Notes under the pieces: model-generated | Told to the model about the DNA's origin: nothing | What the model saw: the letters and a program-made list of their open reading frames with translations, nothing else | Databases searched by the model: none | Translations under genes and position numbers: made by a program | Shown here: positions 14,693 to 27,189 of the stretch, piece after piece | How the letters are laid out: each line of letters starts with the position of its first letter | Position numbering within the stretch: the stretch's first letter is position 1 | NCBI RefSeq assembly: GCF_004010195.1 | Contig: NC_057729.1 | Location: 7,669,951-7,733,950 of the forward strand | DNA: 64,000 nucleotides | DNA from: Chiloscyllium plagiosum | Taxonomy: Eukaryota | Direction of reading: 5' to 3'

Positions 14693-14974
14693 TGCCCGAG
14701 CCTTATTCTCTAAAGGCCACGCACTAACTTTGGAATTTCTCTTACTTTCAAATATTTAAAGAAGTATTTGCTGTACATCTTGATATTACTGCAAATTTAA
14801 CCTCAAAGTTTTATCTTCTTCCACTTTTTTTGACCATCTTTTGTTCCTCCCTGAAACATTCCCAAACCTCTGTCTTTCCAAGAATGTTTGCTACATTGTA
14901 TTTGTTTTGTTTTTCATACAATTTGATGCTATCCTTAACTTCTATGTTTAACTATGGCTTGTCCCCTTCCAAGA

Positions 14975-15200
14975 ATCTTTCTTCCCTCCCACAATTCCAG
15001 ACCTCTGGTGGCAATTCCTGGCCTCCAGCAATAAATCCCAGCCTCCACCAATGATTCTCTGTCTCCAGCAACAACTCCCAGAGGCTGTCCTGAGTATCTT
15101 TGTATCTAAGAGGGAACTGTAAGTGAAGACATTTAAACTTTTCACTATACATGTTGAGTATTTGTGACAATAAAGGCTAATTTTAATTCTAATTCTAATT
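14975..15200 (+). mobile_element. Short non-LTR element with Rex1/Babar-type 3' tail
   Basis: 'cttttcactatac...gtgacaataaag' plus (TTCTAA)n; tail shared with 39430-39640. Confidence 0.55.
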
Positions 15201-15226
15201 CACTGGGATATATCTTTGCTGTAGTT

Positions 15227-15311
15227 GCCTACTCAAGACTGCGTTGGGCCTAATCGAGTCTGCACTGGGCCTACTCGAGACTGAGCTGGGCCTACTCGAG
15301 TCTGCGCTGGG
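15227..15311 (+). repeat. Four units of the 21-bp minisatellite, orphan copy
   Basis: Four cctactcgagtctgcgctggg-type units, the same unit as the array at 17700-18623. Confidence 0.92.
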
Positions 15312-16209
15312 TCAAGAATGTGTTGCTGGAAAAGCACAGCAGGTCAGGTAGCATCGGAGGAGCAGGAGAATTGACATTTCGGACATAAGCCCTTCATCAG
15401 GAAAGAAGCTTATGGGCCTGGGCTGAGAGATAAATGGGAGGGGGTGGGTTTGGGGGTAAGGTAGCTGAGAAAGTGATAGGCGGTTGAAGGAGAGGGAGAA
15501 GGTGATGGGTCGGGGGAGGGGTGTTGATGGACAGGACCGGAGGGCAGTGCCGAGTTGGAGATTTGCAACTGGGATAATGTGGGGGGAGGGGAAATCAGGA
15601 AGCTGTTGAAATCCCCATTTATTCTGTGTGGTTGCAGGGTCTCAAGGCGGAATATGTGGCGGTCTTCTTCCAGGCATAGGGTGGTAACGGTTTGGCGGTG
15701 GAGGAGGCCAAGGACCTGCATGTCCTTGAAGGAGTGGGAGGGGGAGTTGAAGTGTTCAGCCATGGGACAGTGGGGTTAGTGGGTGAGGGTGTTCCAGAGA
15801 TGCTCTCTGGAACGATTCACAAGAAGGTTCTTGTATCCGCCTTGGGGCCCTGCAACCACACGGGATAAATGTGGATTTCAGCAGCTTCCTCCTATCCCCT
15901 CCCCCCACATTATCTCAGTCCCAAGCCTCCAACTCAGCACCACCCTCCAGACCTGTCCATCACTCCCGTCTCTGGCCCATCACCTTCTCCCTCACCTTCA
16001 TCCACCTATCGTTTTTGCAGGTACCTTCCCCCAACCCCACCCCCCTCCCATTTATCTCTCAATCACAGGCCACAAGCCTCATTCCTGATGAAGGGCTTAT
16101 TCCTGAAACATCGATTCTCCTGCTCCTTGAATGCTGCCTGACCAGCTGTGCTTTTCCAGCACCACACTCTCGACTCTGATCTCCAACATCTGCAGTCCTC
16201 ACTTTCGCC
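15312..16209. mobile_element. Penelope-like retroelement (family A): inverted pair of GIY-YIG C-terminus/pseudo-LTR fragments
   Basis: ORF 15410..15763 reads AEHFNSPSHSFKDMQVLGLLH...IFRLETLQPHRIN; minus arm 15312-15826, plus arm about 15833-16209; 15-bp TSD at 15209-15223 / 16210-16224. Confidence 0.9.
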
Positions 16210-17164
16210 TATATCTTTGCTGTAAGCCATTATCTAGTTTCTTAAATATCTGCTATTGTTCCTCAACAGTCTTTGCTGATAAGCTCCTTTCCCCCAGACG
16301 CTAGTTACTTGTGCTCTCATTCTTTTAAAATTACACTTATTTTAACGGAGCATCTTTGTTTCTGATTCTTGCTCCTCCAACTCAATCTGAATGCCACATT
16401 CTGTCATGTTATAGTCATTATTTCCTCGGGGACTTTTAACTCTTGGTTGGGTTGACAACATTTTATTCTAGGAAACTGTGCCAAATACACTTATGAACTA
16501 TTTCCCTAACATTTGCTAATCTATATATTTCAATCTATGAAGGTTAAAGTCACCCATGATTAACATGCAGATTTTTGTTGCATGATGTTATTACCTCCTG
16601 ACTTATTCCCTGCTCCACATAGAGCAAGTATTAGGAGGCCTATAGCTGCTCCTATCATTATCTTCCTTCCCTTTCTATTCCTTACCTTCTGCCATATGGT
16701 TTTTAACTTTTCGATCCAAGATAATTTCTTTGTATCGTACATAATCCATCCTGTACTAACTATGCTACCCCATCACCTTTTCCTTCCTGCCAGAACATTC
16801 AAAAGTCATGTACGTCCAAACATTTAGTTTCCAGCATTGATCTCCTTGTACCCATGCATTCAGAATTGTTGTTGGAATCAACCATTTAACCTGTATTTGT
16901 GCTGTTAATGTATTTATTTTATTCTGAATACAATGTGCATTCAAGTAAAAAGCCAGTAAGTTTGCTTTTTTACCATATTTTTCACTGTTGATCCTATTTC
17001 CTGCTGCTTTTTTATATTTATATGTTTGATTCCTTCCTGTCCCTCTCTGAGTATTGTTATGGAAATAGCTACCTGGAATGCCTCCATATCCATTTAATTT
17101 GTAAGCCTACATTTCCCCCTCTCGCAAACCTGTGCCTGTATCACTGACTGGAATAAACACTACT

Positions 17165-18790
17165 GATTTATTTGATTGACTAATTGTCATATGGACTTTA
17201 CTTAGAAAATACTGTGAAAATGTTGAATAATGTTGCTATTGTCTGGAGCCATCTTAAAACAGAAAAATAAACTGAAACATAGAATATAAAAGTAAAAAAA
17301 AAGAAAGAAAGAAAAAATGTCCATCTGTACAGTCTTTCTTGTAAAGTGCTCTGCCATTGACCATGGGTCTGGTGACAAGGCTTGAGTCCCCATTGCCACA
17401 CTATCACCACTGGAACGAAAGTCTTCACTCTTCAGTGCCACGTCACCTCTGTCGATACCTTCACCACTATGAATTCTCGCTAGACCTCGCCAATGCAGTC
17501 AAAACTGACGCCGCTGGATACCACACTGGCCTGAACTGGACTCTACTGCCCACCTTGCCGATGCAGCCATTACACATGCCATGGGGTCTTGTACTAGTCC
17601 CAAATTCTCTTTCCACCACAGCAGCCTTGAGTCTGTGCTAGGATCGTCTTAAAGATGCAGAAGTCACAGGAAACGCAAAAGCACCTCCAAAGCTGCCGTC
17701 ACGAGTCTATGCTGCTGGGCCCATTCGAGTCCACACTGGACCGACTCGAAACTGCGCTGGGCCGACCCAAGACTGCACTGGGCCAACTCGAGTCCACCCT
17801 GGGCCAACTCGAGTCCACACTTGGCCTATTTGAGTCCATGCTGGGCCTACTCAAGTCCTGCACTGGGCCTAATTGAGTCTGTGCTGGGCCTACTCAAGTC
17901 TGTGCTGGGCCTACTCTTGACTGCACTGGGCCTACTCGAGTCTGTACTAGGCCTACTTGAGACCACGCTGGGCCTAATCAAGAACGTGCTGGGCCTACTC
18001 GAGCCAGTGATGGGACTACTTGAGTCTGTGCTGGGCCTACTAAGGCTGGGCTGGACCTATTGCAGCTGAGCTGGGCCTAGTCGAGCCAACGCTGGGCCTA
18101 CATGAGTCTCTGCTGGACCTACTCAAGACAGTGCTGGACCAATTCAATTCTGCACAGCCCACTTGAGTCTGCACTGGGCCTACTCAAATCTGCATTGGGT
18201 CTACTCAAGCCTGCGCTGGGCCTGCTTGAATCTGCGCTGGGCCTACTTGAGACTGTGCTGGGCCTACTCGAGACTGTGGCGGGTCTATTTGAGACTGCAG
18301 TGGGCCTACCCGAGACTGCACCAGGCATACTTAATGCTACAGTGGGCCTGCTCGAGACTGCACTGGGCCTACTCAAAACTGCGTTGGGCCTACTCGAGTC
18401 TGCGCTGGGCCTACTTGAGATTGTGCCGGCCTACTCAATGTGCAGTGGGCCAACTTGAGACTGCGCTGAGCCTACACAAAACTGCGATGGGCCTACTTGA
18501 GTCTGCACTGGGCCTACTCGAGACTGTACTGAGCCTGCTCAATGTGCAGTGAGCCTACTCAAGTCTGTGCTGGGCCTATTCAAGTCTGCGTTGATCTTAC
18601 TCGAGCCCGTGCTCGGCCTACTCACTGTTGCCGCTGCAGAGAGAATGCTTTAAGAAGAGGCAAGTGAAATAAAAGGGGAGAAAAAGAGAAAAAAAGCAAG
18701 AAAAGACAGAGAAAAAAAGAAACAAAAAGAAAAGCAGATGGAGCAGCCAAACCTCAGTCTCAGAAGCCCTACTTTATCACCAAGTTACTG
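17165..18790 (-). mobile_element. Non-autonomous non-LTR element with Rex1/Babar-like tail, containing the 21-bp array
   Basis: 17165-17650 is colinear with 25358-25860; 3' end GACAAT plus (AATC)-type microsatellite; pyrimidine-rich 5' leader at 18665-18735 (minus strand). Confidence 0.65.
17700..18623. repeat. 21-bp minisatellite, about 44 diverged units, consensus CTGGGCCTACTCGAGTCTGCG
   Basis: Head-to-tail units without spacers; translation gives LGLLESA heptads. Confidence 0.97.
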
Positions 18791-19446
18791 GGCATAAGAA
18801 GATAATAAAGGATGAAACCTTTGTGATTCATGAAGTCATCTCAAGAAGCTTGTATAATCCCTGGACCTAAATCAATCCTTGATATTGTAAACTGTAAAAC
18901 AATATCTTTGTCCCCCAGATATCAATGTTTGGTTTAATGCAAGTACTAGTACCGGTCATCATTCCTCTGTTAGCCAGCAAGGAGTCAGGGTTAAGACGTT
19001 CCATGCTGCATTAAGCTTTGCTGTGCCAGCTCTTGCAATAAGTACGAGGTCTCACTGCAGAATGTAGTACAGTTTTGTTCTCCCCATAGAATCAAAGCTT
19101 CTTTGTACTGTACCACAGAGGTCTGCAGACCATGGTGCTTTTGGTCTATAAACTCTGCTGCAAGGGTCACAAATGATCTGATCATGCCATTATCTCTTTG
19201 CTAGCCCAGCAATTGTAGCTCTGCCTATTCTATTATCGCAGAGCTAGACTGCGAGTGGGAAACCCTAAGCAGAAAGAAGTGAAAGGCCTGGGCTCCTACA
19301 CAATTCAGAAGCCCCAGAAGCAACTATAAATATGTTCAAATTGTTTGTGAAAAAATGAACAAATATCTATAAAACTTTCAAATACTAGCTGTATTGCTGG
19401 GGTTAATCACTTCCCAACTAGTATCACCTATAATCATTAGGGTTTG

Positions 19447-20020
19447 AGCATAGAACACAGAAGGGGACATCACAGGTACAGGCCGTTTGGCCCATCATGT
19501 CTGTGCTGACCATGATGTCATTTTAAACTAACCTATTTGCCTGCACATGGTCCATCTCCCCCTATTCCCTGCCTGGTCATGTGTCCGGCTAAATATCATA
19601 TAAATGTCGCTTTCATATCTGCTTCTACCACCTCCTCTGGCAGCACACTCCAAGCACCTACCACCCTGATGTAAAACGTTGTCTTGCACATCTCCTTTAA
19701 ACCTTTCCCCTTCTCACCTTAAAAACCTATGCGACCAAATATTTGACATGTGTATTCTGCGAAAAATAGACTGTTCACCTTATCTATGGCTCTCAATAAT
19801 TTTATACACATCTATACACTTTTATTACCCTTCAGACTCCAATGATCGAGTGTAAACAATCCAAGTTTGTACTACTTCGCCTTATAGCTAATACACTCCA
19901 ATCCCAGCAACATCCTAGTAAACCTGTCTTGCATCCTCTCCGAACCCTCGATATCCTTCCTATAGTGTGGCGACCAGAACTGCACACAATATTCTAAATT
20001 TGACCTAACTAAAGTTCTGC
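19447..20020 (-). mobile_element. CR1/HER1 LINE 3' end
   Basis: Minus strand reads LEYCVQFWSPHYRKDI; 3' tail at 19450. Confidence 0.88.
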
Positions 20021-20969
20021 ATAGCAAAAACAACTCACTCGGGTTCTGCATGCAGTACTGTACCCTGATTTGTGTACTTCATTCAGTACCTGCGTCTTTC
20101 TCAGCACACTCCCAAATTGAAGACCTTGGCAATGATCTACTGATAAATGATGACTCTTCTTGTTTGAGCCGGTCCAAATACTGAGAGAGAAATTCTCCCT
20201 TTCATATTCAGCTACTGTGAAGGCAAACGTTTTTTTCAAAAACCAGGAAGAGTTTTCCAACACAAACATGCAGACAAAATGTCCAGCAGTTGTTAAAATG
20301 TGTCTTTACTTTCTGCCTAATATTGGGAATGATAATTCCAACATGGTACTAGAGACTTCATGCAGTGTTTTTGCACTACCATTACGGTAATGCGCATTTA
20401 AAGTGCTAATTGGTAGAATTATGCAAAAGTGCTGTTTTGTTTCATTCGGCTAACGCAAAGCATTTGCATTTCATTTGCATTGGGGTGAACAGGCGGATCT
20501 CCAATTCACTGGCTCGTGAGTAAGTAACATGTCACTCGTTGACATTGCTCAAAAATGTTCTACCTCTGCACAAAGAAAATAAATGTAGCGTTTTTCGAGC
20601 GAAAACAACATTTTCAGTAATGCCTTGGCATTTTGTGTGTTGCAATTGAATAACAGCAAACTGTGGAGTTGCTTTGATAGAGCATGAATTGATCAATCCT
20701 GAAATGACAGTCAAAGGAATCAGCTGTCAGGCAAAAGCTGCAAAGTCAACTATTGGAGTCAATGACAACACAGCATCTGTGCAACAATATGCTGCTTCTA
20801 AACAGTGTGCTTAGGGAAAGCTTTGACATTTTCTAATCAATCTGTTACATGTACTGCTGCCAAACTTATCAGAAATGCAGGCATTGTTAACATAGCTATA
20901 CAAACACTGTAAGCTAATGTCTGCGTGTCAGGTTAACATATCACTTTGATCCCAGGGCTGCTAGTAAGA

Positions 20970-21810
20970 TACTCCAAGATGACCACCTTGGTAAGGCAGG
21001 CAGTGTTTGCACTCCTGGGCCCATCCACTCCAGACCGGCTGCTTCCTCCCTTCAATCCTTATTGTTTTCCCTTCTTTCTTTTTCTCTTTCTGCATTTACT
21101 TCCTGTTGGCAACGGAGACGGCGACATCGTGGAGGAGGGACTCTTGGCGAGGCGGTGGCCTGGTTGAAGAAGGCCCAGAGTAGGGAACAATCAGTGTCAG
21201 TGAGGCAGAAGCTGAAGTGGCCATGGTGTGGGATGCCTGGAGCGGAGACCCTAGGCATCAGCAAGGCAACTGCTATGGCAGAGCCAAAGACTCTTGATTA
21301 TTGGTGAGGCAATGATCGCAACTCTTGGTTGTGGTAGGCCACGAGTGAGGGTCTCTTGCTCATCGGTGAGGTGGTGCTGTTAGCAGTTCCTGGATTGGTA
21401 AGCCTAAGCTGGGTCTCCTGGTTATTGGTGAGACAGCAGCAGTGTCGGAAGCTTCTGGTTGCAGGACAAGTGTGAGACCAGCATATGATGTGGCATCGGC
21501 GGCCCATCAGCAAGGTTGACCCAGAAAATGAAGAGATAGTACCTGAAGAGTGGCAAGCCTGCAGCACAGATGGAGGAGAGGTGGCAATGCAGTGTCAGTG
21601 GTGAGGCAGTTCAGGACTTATGGTGGAAGCAGTCGAACAAGGATGGACTCTCTTTCAGCATTATCGGTTTATTCCACTGTTCTTGAACTGTTCAAAATGG
21701 TGCCAGACTGTGTCGACAGTTGAAGGTTTCCATTGTATTTTACAGTGTTATTCATTGCAGAGTACAAGTGACAATACATCATCATTCGAGTCATTCAAAG
21801 ATTCAATTCA
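20970..21810 (+). mobile_element. Non-autonomous non-LTR element, related to 17165-18790
   Basis: Starts 'ccaagatg'; pyrimidine tract, GC-rich core; ends 'aaaatggtgccaga...cattgtatttt...gtgacaata' plus ATTC repeats. Confidence 0.55.
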
Positions 21811-21999
21811 AAAACCAGGAACCTCAGTGGACATTTCAGTGAGTAGAAGTTTACTTCCAATAGCTGTGAGGTGGAAATGGTGTCTACTTGTTGATCTTAT
21901 TCCTAGTCCAGAACTGTGATACCTAGTAATTCCTGCATCCCTGATTATGTCAGTGTTATTGAGTCTTAATGGAAATGAAGCTGCTGATTTTACTGCAGG

Positions 22000-22385
22000 G
22001 TGATCCTATCGTTGAAGAGGTTGGAAAGAAATTTAACAGAATGCTACCAGAAATGTGGGGCATTTCAGTTATGAGGAGCAACTAAAGAACCTGAGATTGT
22101 TGTTTCTATAAAACTAAAAAGATTAACACAAGGAGAAGTGTTCAAAATTATGAAGGGTTTTGAGAGAGAGAGAAACTGCTTTTATAGGGAGTAGAATTGA
22201 CAAACAGATTTAAGGTTGCTGACAAAAGAGATTTCTAAAAGAGGAGTGGAAGCAGATGAACTAATAGTTTTCAAGAGGAAAATTCAAAATATTTTTCAAA
22301 AGATAAATATTGCAAGGCTACGGTGTTGAGGCAGGACAGTAGCTAGCTCTTTTAAAGAAACCCTGGGAATGGCTAGATTAAATAA
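22000..22385 (+). mobile_element. Highly decayed CR1 3' fragment
   Basis: 'aagaaatttaacagaatgctaccagaaatg...ttcagttatgaggag...aaaattatgaagggtttt'. Confidence 0.6.
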
Positions 22386-22387
22386 TG

Positions 22388-22620
22388 AATTGAATTGAAT
22401 TAGCTTTATCATCACATGAGTAGAGTGAAATTTTGCAAGTCACTACACACAGCACCTTCTTCAGTACAAATGTACTTAGGTACAGTTTCCTGAGAACAAA
22501 TTCTTAGGGAAAAAAGCCATTAGAGAAATAAAAACATAATAAGTCTAGCATTCCAGAAATTCAGAAGTACAAAATCATAGTAATAAATTAGAAAAATAAA
22601 GAAATGAAAAGAAACAATAA
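22388..22620 (-). mobile_element. Rex1/Babar-tail element, 3' fragment
   Basis: (AATTC)n tail and 'tttcactctactcatgtgatgataaagc' on the minus strand. Confidence 0.45.
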
Positions 22621-23284
22621 TAGTGGGTCAGCATTTGTGACCTATTAGCAACGGACCCAAGCTGGTCTGATAAGCAAAGGGGAGCCCGGAAAATGTGAGA
22701 AAATCATTCCATCGAATGGCAAGTGGGTAAGGAGCAAAGATTAGATAAGGTGCTACTCAATAAGGTGCTAGATGGGTTGAGAATCAGGTGGGTAGGGTGC
22801 CAGTTAAGTGATGGAGTGCTTAGGACAGGTCAGGTTGGGGGGGTGAGGTACGGATTTTCATGAGTGACAACATTGGGGCGGGGAATGTTGTGACTGGCAT
22901 TGAGGGGGTTGGTACGGTGGGGCGGTGGGGACACTGCATGTCAGGGCTAGTAGGCAAGGGCATGGCAGGTAAAGAAGTGATATGTCAGGTTCCAGGGTTT
23001 CAGGCCAGGCACAGTAGTTTCAGTCCTGGGTGGGTGGAAGGAATGCAATTGAGTTGGTTTGTTGGGGGTTTCAGGCAGGTGTGTGTGTGTGACAAACATA
23101 AGTTTCCCATGGTTTCTACTGTGTGCGTGGTTACTCAGCTTCCAGACACACATCTCCAGTCTGCGCTGCTCTGAGGACTACTGGATCACCGAAATATTCA
23201 GGCTCTGGGCTCAACATTGTGTTCAATTTAATTGAACATAATTTTAGTTTGTTACCCCGTCCCCATTTGTTTTGTATTTCCATG

Positions 23285-23610
23285 CTGTCTGGGTTAGTGG
23301 AAGACAAAGGAGACTTTGCAAAGACTTTCTTAAAGCTTCCCTCAAGAAATGCAACATAGTTGCTAAAGCATGGGAGATCTTTGTTCAGAAGAAACTGACT
23401 TGGTACAAACTCCTTTATGAAGGGACACAATTCTTTGAGAGATCTAGAGAGAAAGAAGACGTGCAGAAAAAGAACTAGAGAAAGCAGTGCCAGTGACTCC
23501 AAGGTTAAGGAGCAATTCCACCTCCTGGAACTTCCTGCTAAATGTGTGGTCAGAGATGAAGCACTAGAATCAGACTCATCAGCCGTACAAAGACCCACAG
23601 AACCCATGAC
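23285..23610 (+). mobile_element. RTE (BovB-like) LINE 3' coding fragment
   Basis: Reads GRQRRLCKDFLKASLKKCNI..AWE..W..G..FFE, then a decayed CCHH finger (CGQR*STRIRLISRTKTH). Confidence 0.8.
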
Positions 23611-24309
23611 CAATGACACGAAATTTTGGTCAACTACGTATTGTAGAAGAAGTCAGTTTACCTTCCCTGTAGGACCCTGGTGAACCCATTAGGTTCTGTT
23701 GATTATTTGAAAATTTGTCCCAATACTCATTCATAAATTATCAGATTTATTCAACTTGTATGATTGAAACCAGGTCACTAAGTCACAGTCTCTCTGTTCC
23801 TGGCCATCAAAGTGTCCAAGAGAGAGATTTGTTCAGAATGTCTGATGTGCTTAATGAAAACCTTGTGAGGTTCAGGCAATACCTCAGGTAAAGGTAAGCA
23901 AAGAAAGTCTTGACATCAGGCCACTACGCTCCTGAAGTCTTGTGGATTTTCACAGTGCCACTTAACACTGGAACACCTTCCCTGGCACACAACACAGAAA
24001 AAAAAGATAATCCTCCACCAGTTCCTTCTGCAGCATATCTGCCTGACACCTTTATGTTTAATTAGTAAGTGAGCTGGAAACGCCAGAGTAAATGAACCAA
24101 TCCTCAATTTCTCAGTGAATAACAAGCCTGGCACAGTCGCCACCAAAAGGTGGTTGCCAATCAGAGGCCAGCAGCTTCTAAAGTCTACTGATAAAGGCTT
24201 ACTTTTCAAAGATCCAGATTCACGCCTTAATTGACTCCTTAAGGACATTAATTGGTGGCAGATTGAGAAAGTCTCCCATGGACATTTTTACTAATTAAGT
24301 ACATCTGAA

Positions 24310-24686
24310 ACTTAGTTGCTTTTGGAGTGAGAGAGCCATAAACCAATTCCCACACAGAATAGAAATCCCACAAACAGTAATGGCATAGCGAGGGGATAGT
24401 ATTATTTCAGAATGTGGGTTGAGGATACTTATTACTTATTTACCAGGAAAATGGGGAAAACCCTTCCTCAAATCATACACTTCCACCTTTTACACTCACC
24501 TGAGAAGGAAGGCAGAACCTCAATTTCTCACCTTATTCAAAAGTCAGTACTTTTGTCAGTACAGAACTCCTTCAGGGTTGAACTCGGCATCTTGGCAGAG
24601 ATATTGTGCCAGGTATTGAGAATGTGATTAAACTTGTCACGGTCGGACTCCAAGGTAAGGGTCCTTCTGCTGAACCACGGCTGATA
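24310..24686 (-). mobile_element. SacSINE1-like DeuSINE
   Basis: Minus-strand head 'atcagccgtggttcagc', Deu-like core 'ctcaggtgagtgtaaaag', and 'ctgtttgtggga' tail segment. Confidence 0.7.
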
Positions 24687-25357
24687 ATGCAAAGGCTGGC
24701 AAGAAAAATCTATCCTAGAGATGGCAATCACACATTTCTACAGCTCTAGTCTCATATGCGCCAGATAGTTCCAATTTTTCCTGCCAACTAAGTCTGTTCT
24801 TTGAAATTAAAATGAAAAGCTTATATCTGAAGGGAAATTAGTGTTTTAGGTATTGTCAGAAAATCAGTCAAATGCCTAAAAATGTGTTGGATAAGTAGTT
24901 ATACTGACAGTCAACTTTTTCTTGCCTAAAGCATATTTTGATTTCAGATGACCACCTGTATTCAATGCAACCACAGGTGCCTATCCAAGTCTATCAATTT
25001 AGTAGAATCTTCTGGAATAGTGACCTGTCAAAGTGTTCAGTGTTCAGTATAGCTGTTGGAAATGAAGTGCAGAAAATAATTAAAAGGAATAATTCTGTGA
25101 TCCCAAAAGTAATATAAAAAAGCTTGCTTTGGCACAGCACTATCCAGAAATAATGAAGTGATATTTTGTGGAACACTCAAACACTGTTCCCCAAACAATC
25201 AGCAGGGCTGGAAGAACTTGTCAATTCTCATCAAGGAGGTAAGCAGCTGGTTTTACATGAAAGATGTAATTTAATAACAATCTGCTTATATCATGAGTCA
25301 GGATACAATTCCTGTCACAATACCCTAACCTATTCACCCTTTATCTCTTTGATTGCT

Positions 25358-25930
25358 AATTTGATTGATTTGATTTATTTATTGTCAGCACCTTGCACCT
25401 TGTTACAAAATATAGTGAAAAATGTTGTGGAGAGTCGTCACTCTCTAGCGCCATTTTAAAACACAGAAAATAAACCAAAACAAAGAATATAAATGCAGAT
25501 AAATGAAGAAATAAAGGAAATGATCCGCTTTCCAGTCCTTCTTGTTAAATGCTTCATCATGGACCATGGGCCTAGTGGCTAGGCATGAGTCCCCTTCACT
25601 GTGTCGCAGCCACTGGAATGAAAGTCATCCATTCTTTGCCACCATCTTGCCTCCATTGACACCCACACCACGATGAATCTTGGCTTGATCTCACCAATGC
25701 AGATACCACCAATGCCGCTGAGTACTGAACCGGCCCAAACTCGACTTCACCACCACCATGAGTCCGCTTGAGGCCCATCTCACTGATGCAGCCTTTGATG
25801 ATGCCATCGGATCTCATACTGGACCCAAACTCACCTCCGCTGCTGCCTCCGTGAATCTGCACTAGAAGCAGATGCTGATGGGAACCCAACCTCACCCCCA
25901 GCCGCAGCAGCCATGAATCCCCACCTGGCT
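25358..25930 (-). mobile_element. Non-autonomous Rex1/Babar-tail element (no array)
   Basis: Colinear with 17165-17650 (shared 'gaaaataaac..aaaca..gaatataaa', 'gaccatggg', 'gagtcccc', 'ccactggaa.gaaagtc'). Confidence 0.7.
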
Positions 25931-26049
25931 CCCCACCTCGCAATGCTATAGTTTTAAAATATACATTTTCATATTCAAATATCTCCATGGACTCATGCCC
26001 TCCTTATTCAGAAAGTTTTGATAGTCCTACGTTTCTTCGGATGTTGCCT

Positions 26050-26300
26050 CATATGCTCAGTCCACTAACAGTAGCCATGTTTGCAGCTACCTCCTTTCAG
26101 CTAGGCCTTTGCGGCTTTCAGATCTCAAATAGCCTCTCTAAACCTCACACATCTTGCTCTGTTTTTGAAGATAACCCTTGAAATTCCTGTCTTTGGCCAG
26201 GCTTTCGGTTATCTGTTTGAAAGTTTCTGTCTTTGTGTCAATATTTATCGATTTTGTTGCTCTGATGTAGTTTAAGACGTATATTAGCAATACAGTGTAA
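26050..26300 (+). mobile_element. Possible L2-like LINE 3' remnant
   Basis: 'ctcaaatagcctctctaaacctc...ccttgaaattcctgtctttggccaggcttt' resembles L2 3' ends. Confidence 0.35.
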
Positions 26301-27189
26301 GTGAGAGATGCTGTTCTTGAGGAATTGAGTACAGCTCCCTTCAAGAAATCCAACCCACCCACCTTGCAAGTTTCCCTTTGTGCGACAAGTTAATCCTATA
26401 ATCCATGGGCAATAAGGGAAAATACTGACATGGGGATTATAGGATCAGTGAATTCTACAAATTGACAATGCACAAGGATGAGTGGCTTGACACGTTAGGG
26501 AAATTTCACAGAAGCAACAAGAATCTTGTTTGCCAGCTGGCGTGCTGGTGAGATGTGTACTTTACCATGAAATCTCACTGAATTATTTATCCATTCGGCA
26601 ACTAACAGGCCACTAGCAGACCTTCAATGGGTTCAGACTCCCAGGGTCAGAAACTTCCAGCTGCCAAGAGCTGCCAGCTATTCAGTGGCCAGCAGATATT
26701 TTGCTGAGCAGCACCAAGAGGCAGAGGTGGTGGCTGCTTCCAGAATGAGATCCAGTGGAGGTCCAGGCTTATGGACAAAGAGCTAAGTAGTGGTGAGAGA
26801 AGTTTTACCTGGTGGGTTCCTGGAGAAAAGGGGTGTAAGGCAGTCTTTGGAAAGTGCTTGGTGATGATGCTTGGTGGGCTCAATTTCCCGATGATGGGAC
26901 ACTCAATCAGACACTGAATGAAGGACTGTTCTTGGAAACAAAATCATCCACCATAGGCTTCCTTGTTGTGTACCTTGCGGGGTGGTAGGTCTGCCCCCAC
27001 CCAGGTTAATGCCACCACCATAAGATTGAGGTTCTTTAGTGGGTTATTAAGGTGGCAAACAGGAATGTAGCAGTGTCCCTATCCTCCACCATTCTGCCTG
27101 ATTAAATGCTCTTTAAATATCACCACCACCACCACCACAAAATGCCACCCATCATACTTGTGTTGGAACTTTTAAGGATGTTTTAAATC

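Larger units (their letters stand above)
13925..17130 (-). mobile_element. Old CR1 LINE hosting nested insertions
   Basis: ORF 14064..14300 reads ALAVIFHKSLDSGKVPKDWNNANVLPFFMKG; endonuclease start FYLNAHCIQNK near 16950; 3' tail at 13925. Confidence 0.8.

Noticed and set aside
17821-18552. Leucine-zipper protein gene (LGLLESA repeats)
   Set aside because: Frameshifts between ORFs, no gene structure, and the heptad follows trivially from the 21-bp period.
17700-18623. CRISPR-like array
   Set aside because: Units are contiguous with no unique spacers, there are no cas genes, and the context is eukaryotic; it is a minisatellite.
19216-19246. 9-bp perfect hairpin tagctctgc/gcagagcta
   Set aside because: An isolated short stem is plausible by chance in 64 kb; there is no supporting context.
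23131-23619. 162-aa minus-strand ORF as a host gene
   Set aside because: It is antisense to a recognisable RTE LINE fragment.
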